From assembly GCF_009914755.1 (NCBI RefSeq), contig NC_060948.1: 64,000 nt of DNA. One strand, 5' to 3'. The notes below the pieces were generated by a model. It did no database searches and was not told where the DNA came from. It saw only the letters and a program-made list of their open reading frames with translations. The position numbers were made by a program, and so were the translations under genes. Positions 57,283 to 64,000 of the stretch are shown piece after piece; positions within the stretch are counted from its first letter, which is position 1; the number at the start of each line of letters is the position of its first letter. This DNA is from the human T2T-CHM13v2.0 reference genome, Homo sapiens.

Positions 57283-57587
57283 GCATAGAGTGGAGGGGTG
57301 GTCTATGGGACCCCCCTGGTTATGCTGGAGTCAGTGTAGGGCCACACTTCATGGACTCAAAGTTTTTGAATAAAGACCATTATCACGTTACATCTTCTGC
57401 CCAAGTTCTTTTTGATAACTTTTCTTTTAGGGCAGAAAATGTGCTCATGTCAAGGCCACATATACCTAAACTTCTACTTAAGTCTATAATCCCAGAAGAA
57501 TTTCCTTTCATTTAGCGAACAAGCAGCTGGGAGAGAACATTCTGGAACAAAACATCTGAAACTGAAAGGGCAGCCCAAAGGAAAACT

Positions 57588-57699
57588 ATTTTTTTTTTTT
57601 TTTTTTTAGAGAAGGGGTCTCATTACGTTGCCCAGGTGATCCTCCTGCCTGAGCCTTCTCAGTAGCTGGGATTACAGTTGTGCACCACTGCACCAGGCT
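57588..57699 (-). mobile_element. Alu monomer (FLAM/AluJ-like) with internal deletion
   Basis: Poly-T, AGAGAAGGGGTCTCATTACGTTGCCCAGG|TGATCCTCCTGCC...GCTGGGATTACAG. Confidence 0.8.
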
Positions 57700-57934
57700 A
57701 CATTCGTGGATAAAAGAGCTTTTACCTTTCTCAGTGGACTGGGTGACTTGACAGTGCAGAAAGCTCCTCCATGGCAGGAGGCCTGGAGTGGGCACTGGAC
57801 ACAGCACAGGTGGGAGGGGAGGAGCTCATCTCCAGCAGGAGAGGCAAAGAACTGAGAAAGAGCTTCCCTCTCAGTCCACGTGTGGTGCCACTCCATCACT
57901 GGCAATGGCCAGAGCAGGCATCTGGGGAGGGGAG

Positions 57935-58386
<452 letters not shown>

Positions 58387-59096
58387 GAGAAACTGCAAAG
58401 ACGCAGGCCTCACATCTTAAACCCTCTCTCCAGGACTGCCGCACTAGCTTTGTCATAGGGAAGTGTCTGTGGGTCTCCAGCTTTCCCTGCACTTCCCAGG
58501 GTCCCAGCCTCCAGCACCATTTACCTGGAGCCCCCATTTCTTCTTATCCTTCTCCTCTCACCAGAGAGGCCAAGATTACCCTTTTCAAATATAAACGATG
58601 TCATATGCTCTGTACCAAACTCTGCCCATCAAATACAACCATGGCCTCCTTGTCATGACCCTACACCTGGATGCTCACCGCCCACCTCTGCTGCCTCACA
58701 CACACTGGTCTCGCAGCCCTCAGCCTTCTCTGCTGAGTCAATGCACCAAGTTTGTGCATACCTCAGGCTGGCTGTCCCTGAAGACCCTCACCCTAGAAGA
58801 TCCCAAGCAAAGACCCTCTCCCATCCTCTGAGGCTCAGTACAGCCATTGGTCCCTCACCCCACAGAGGCAATGGTTTAAATGAATTCACTCACTCCATGG
58901 CCAGATACCCAGCATTCACTCTGTTGTACCGGCTGATGGGGTACAAGGATGAGCAGAGCCTGCACTAGGTGTCCTCTTGGAGTGGAACTGCTGCCCAGAC
59001 ACACCCCAGGTGATTAGCCATGAAATCCCCCTGCAAAGAAAGAGCCAGAGGAGAAGCCATGGAGCCACGGAATCCTCAGGAAAAAAAATCCAGTGA

Positions 59097-59516
<420 letters not shown>

Positions 59517-59734
59517 TAGAGAACTTCTGACAGTCTGGTCTGAAGCTGTTCTGGTTGCCCAAGAGGAATAAGACAGGAAGGCTGGGGTGGTGATGAAGTC
59601 TGAGGGAACAACACAGGCTTGCAGGGGTCTAGAAGGTACAGTGACCAGACTTAGGGAGGGACTGCCTGTAGGAGCTGTAGAGAGGAAAGCTCAGGAGGAC
59701 GCCTACATTCTGGTTGTGACAGCTGAATCAAAGA

Positions 59735-60905
<1,171 letters not shown>

Positions 60906-61550
60906 AAAAAAAAGAAAGCCTTTTTTTAGTCTTTTTAAAAAGAATCTTTTCTTAAAAAATAAGTATTAAAATACGTACTTTAAAAAAGTAACTGCTATCT
61001 AAGAGAGCAAATAACTGTGGGACCAGATCTGGAGGATGTGAGAGAAGGTTAGGTCATAGCATTGGTTTTGCACAACTTGAGGTGAGGGGCATCTGGGCTT
61101 TCAACAGAGAAGTTATCAAGGGGGAAATAAGACTAGGCCCCCCAAGGGAGGCTGCAGCAGGAGAGGTGACCGTGGATGCTGTGTGAATGGAAATTCTATC
61201 ACCGCCAGGGTGCTGGGTGCAGGGAGCCGCTAACAGAAGTTCTATCAGTGCCAGGGTGCTGGCTGCAGGGAGCTGGACCTGGCCGAGGAGCCCTCCTGCC
61301 ACCCACTCCCCAGCAGGCCCAGGTGTTGAAGAGAATGCACCAGAAGGTAAATCTGACCAGAACCGGCTTTCTACCTGGAAAAATCCACCTGAGGGAGTCA
61401 AGGACAAACCTTCTTGAAGTGGAATTAAGAGGCTGCCACTCAGGATCATGACCACCCAAGCTGTCAATCTCTCAGGCACATGGACTCCATCAACTCCTAG
61501 AAGAAGACACCCAGCTCTCACCTCGCAGGGTCCAGGAGCAAGCAGTGAGA

Positions 61551-61738
61551 CACACACACAGCAAAACATCAAAACGCAGCTTCTAACAGTAATGAACCAC
61601 TCCTGCACCAGCCATCCAGAGCCCTCTCTCACAATGGGCGGGTGCACACACACAGCAAAGCACCTGAACACAGCTTCTAACGGTAACTAACCACCCCTGC
61701 ACCAGCCGTCCAGAGCCCCTCTCACAATGGCCGGGTGC
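61551..61738. repeat. 94-bp tandem duplication (2 copies)
   Basis: CACACACACAGCAAA...CAGCTTCTAAC.GTAA..AACCAC.CCTGCACCAGCC.TCCAGAGCCC...CTCACAATGG.CGGGTGC at 61551 and 61645. Confidence 0.85.
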
Positions 61739-62009
61739 CTCATGGTCTCTGAGGATGAGGAGTCAGCCCCAGGTACAGGAGGGGAAGATAGGCTCAGATG
61801 TTGCCAGGACAGGTAGAGTCCTCCCAATATTCAAAAGTAGAGGAATCCTCAAATACAAAATGCAAATGCGGTAATTATGTGCCTGTGACCAAAAAGAGGG
61901 GATTAAATCTTGAAGGCGGAGGAGATGAAACCTCCTTACTTTTGGGGTTCTATTTTAATCCACAATAATAAGCAGACGGGCCAAGACCACTTTGGAATCA
62001 AGCATATCT

Positions 62010-62306
62010 GGCCAGGCGCGGTGGTTCACACCTGTAATCCCAGCACTTTGAGAGCCTGAGGTGGGAGGATCACTTGAGTCCAGGAGCTCAAAACCTCTCT
62101 GGACAATATAGTGAGACTCTGTCTCTACTAAAAAGAAAAAAAAATCCCAGTGTGGTGGCGTGCACTTGGGAAGCTGAGGCAGGAAGATCCCTTGAGCCAA
62201 GGGTCCAGTGAGTCGTGATGGCACCACTGAACTCCAGCATGAGTGACAGAGCAAGACCCTATCTCAAAAAAAAAAAAAAAAAAAAAAAGAGAAGAAAAAG
62301 AAAAAT
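62010..62306 (+). mobile_element. AluJ-like SINE
   Basis: GGCCAGGCGCGGTGGTTCACACCTGTAATCC...GGGAGGATCACTTGAGTCCAGGAG...GAGCAAGACCCTATCTC plus poly-A; internal deletions. Confidence 0.9.
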
Positions 62307-62822
62307 CTGGGAGTCCATTTGGAAGCAGCAGACAGACGAGAGGACATCCCCTTCAGCAGGTGCATGCCACAGGGTGAGGCAGCACAGCAGGAATGAGAGG
62401 GCAGGGACCTCCCAGCATGGCAAATGTAGCAGGGATTTTGAGTGACTGTATGGGAGGAGAGAGAGGGAGGACAGGTGAGTGACGATGCATGGTCTTTGAG
62501 GGGGGCCAGGATGGCAGTGCAAATGCTTTTTCCTGAATGAAGTACCCCACTGGAAGATGCTTGTGCTTTATAAATGAAAGCGCTGACTCAAGCACAGAAT
62601 GGGATGCTCATTTTCCCTAAGCATCTGCTGGGAGGTGGGCCAGGTCACAAGGATCAGCCCTCAGAGTGGCAGCTTCAGCTGAGCTACTTGGTGCCAGGCC
62701 TCAGGGAGAGGCAGACGCGGGGCTGACGTACACGCCCCAGGAGGGCCCGAGAAAGGCCGCCACAGTCCCGTTCTGTTTTCTTCTCTGCTCTCCTTGCAAT
62801 ATGGCATTCACTGTGGATTAAA

Positions 62823-63016
62823 GGGTGGGGGGAGGGGGAAGGGATAGCATTGGGAGATATACCTAAAAGTAAATGAGGTAATGGGTACAGCACACCAACA
62901 TGGGACATGTATACATATGTAACAAACCTGCACATTGTGCACATATACCTTAAAACTTAAAGTATAATAATAATAAAATTTAAAAAAGAAAAAAAGGAAA
63001 AAAAGAAAAAGAAAAA
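62823..63016 (+). mobile_element. Short 5'-truncated L1PA 3'UTR with A-rich tail
   Basis: GGGATAGCATTGGGAGATATACCTAA...GTAACAAACCTGCACATTGTGCACAT...AAAACTTAAAGTATAATAATAATAAAA. Confidence 0.9.
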
Positions 63017-64000
63017 CCACTTTGGGCCATGGGGCCAGTTTTCTTCCCTCTTCCTCATTCACACTCCCCCAGAAATAACAGAGCTCACTATAGTTTGTAT
63101 TGATTTTGGCACATACCACTTGTTTTAAAGGCCACACTGAATGCCCAGCGCCAGCACTCCACCACTGTGCATTTGAGAGGTTGGAGAGATGTTGCCCCCC
63201 TGTGCCAAGAGCCCACCCCACCACTCCCTGCGTGGCCCAGGAAGCCCACACACACAAGACTATTCAAGTGAGGGCTCTGGTTGTGCCTGAAGGGTTGTGA
63301 GCACTGCTAGAGGCTCTCACTCAATGATTTAAAGCTTCAGTCCCACTGGAGGGTGAGGCTCAGAAACAGCATTCACTCAGCCAGCAGCAGTGGGCCCAGA
63401 CAGCAGGGGAGGAGGGGTGGCATTGGGGGAGAAGAGGGGCTGCCCATGTTCTTCTCCAGCACCAACTCCCAATTGACAGGCACTGGGCCTCAGTGCAGAC
63501 TCACTCAGCAGCTTCTGGCTGGCTCCTCCAGGCAGGGTTCCAGGAACTGTCTCTTGTCCCTGGCTACACAGAGGACTCAGCCCCACAAAGGATTTCTCAC
63601 ATGGGAACAATGTCTGCTTTGTTGCTGAGAGCTCACACCCAGGGAATTTCTGGTTTCAGCTTCCAGGGGCTTTGTTTGTCTTGAACAGAGTGAAGCAAAG
63701 TGGTCTTCAGAAGGTTTCAGAAACAATCAGGGTCCCACGAGTAGAGACTAAACCCTGAAGAGGCCCTGGGCTTCATGAGGAGGTGCTGTAGGTTAAATCT
63801 GGGCTGGAGCAGAGCTGTGGCTCCATCCATCACTCCAACAGGTCTCCAGTGCCTCTAGCAAAGTGGGCAGAACATCTGCTGGGGAAACAGTCCCTGCCCT
63901 GCAAGGGGAAGATTTCCCTGCCATGGAAAGCATCAAACAGGCAGGGAGGCAGGGTCCAGCCAGGTGTAGGAGGCCCCTGATCTCCCGACACCCTTGCCCC

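Noticed and set aside
61054-61690. 205-aa minus-strand ORF and overlapping short ORFs
   Set aside because: No similarity I can recognise, including to the SHANK2 N-terminus; partly spans the 94-bp tandem repeat.

Overview
Primate, most likely human (it carries an AluYb8), pericentromeric transition. Bases 1-~39833 are a diverged satellite III-like (CATTC/CACTC)n array. It is punctuated by about 110 hand-counted copies of one ~60-70 bp antisense Alu 3'-end fragment, which fall into five variants recurring in a fixed order (a ~1.4-2.1 kb composite higher-order repeat). The array ends abruptly inside a MaLR LTR. Bases ~39834-64000 are intron-like euchromatic DNA rich in Alu, L1, MaLR/MER21 LTRs, MIR, MER5A and a near full-length Tigger1. 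The one recognisable gene piece is a 204-bp minus-strand exon (41717-41920) homologous to the SHANK2 N-terminal (SPN) domain, with intact splice sites and an open frame but about 9 amino-acid changes. It is best read as a truncated segmental-duplication copy cut off by the satellite. All long HSIPF/MEWNG ORFs are satellite artefacts. There is no CRISPR or prokaryotic system. Repeat family names come from recalled consensus sequences, not from a search, and the chromosome cannot be determined from the sequence alone.
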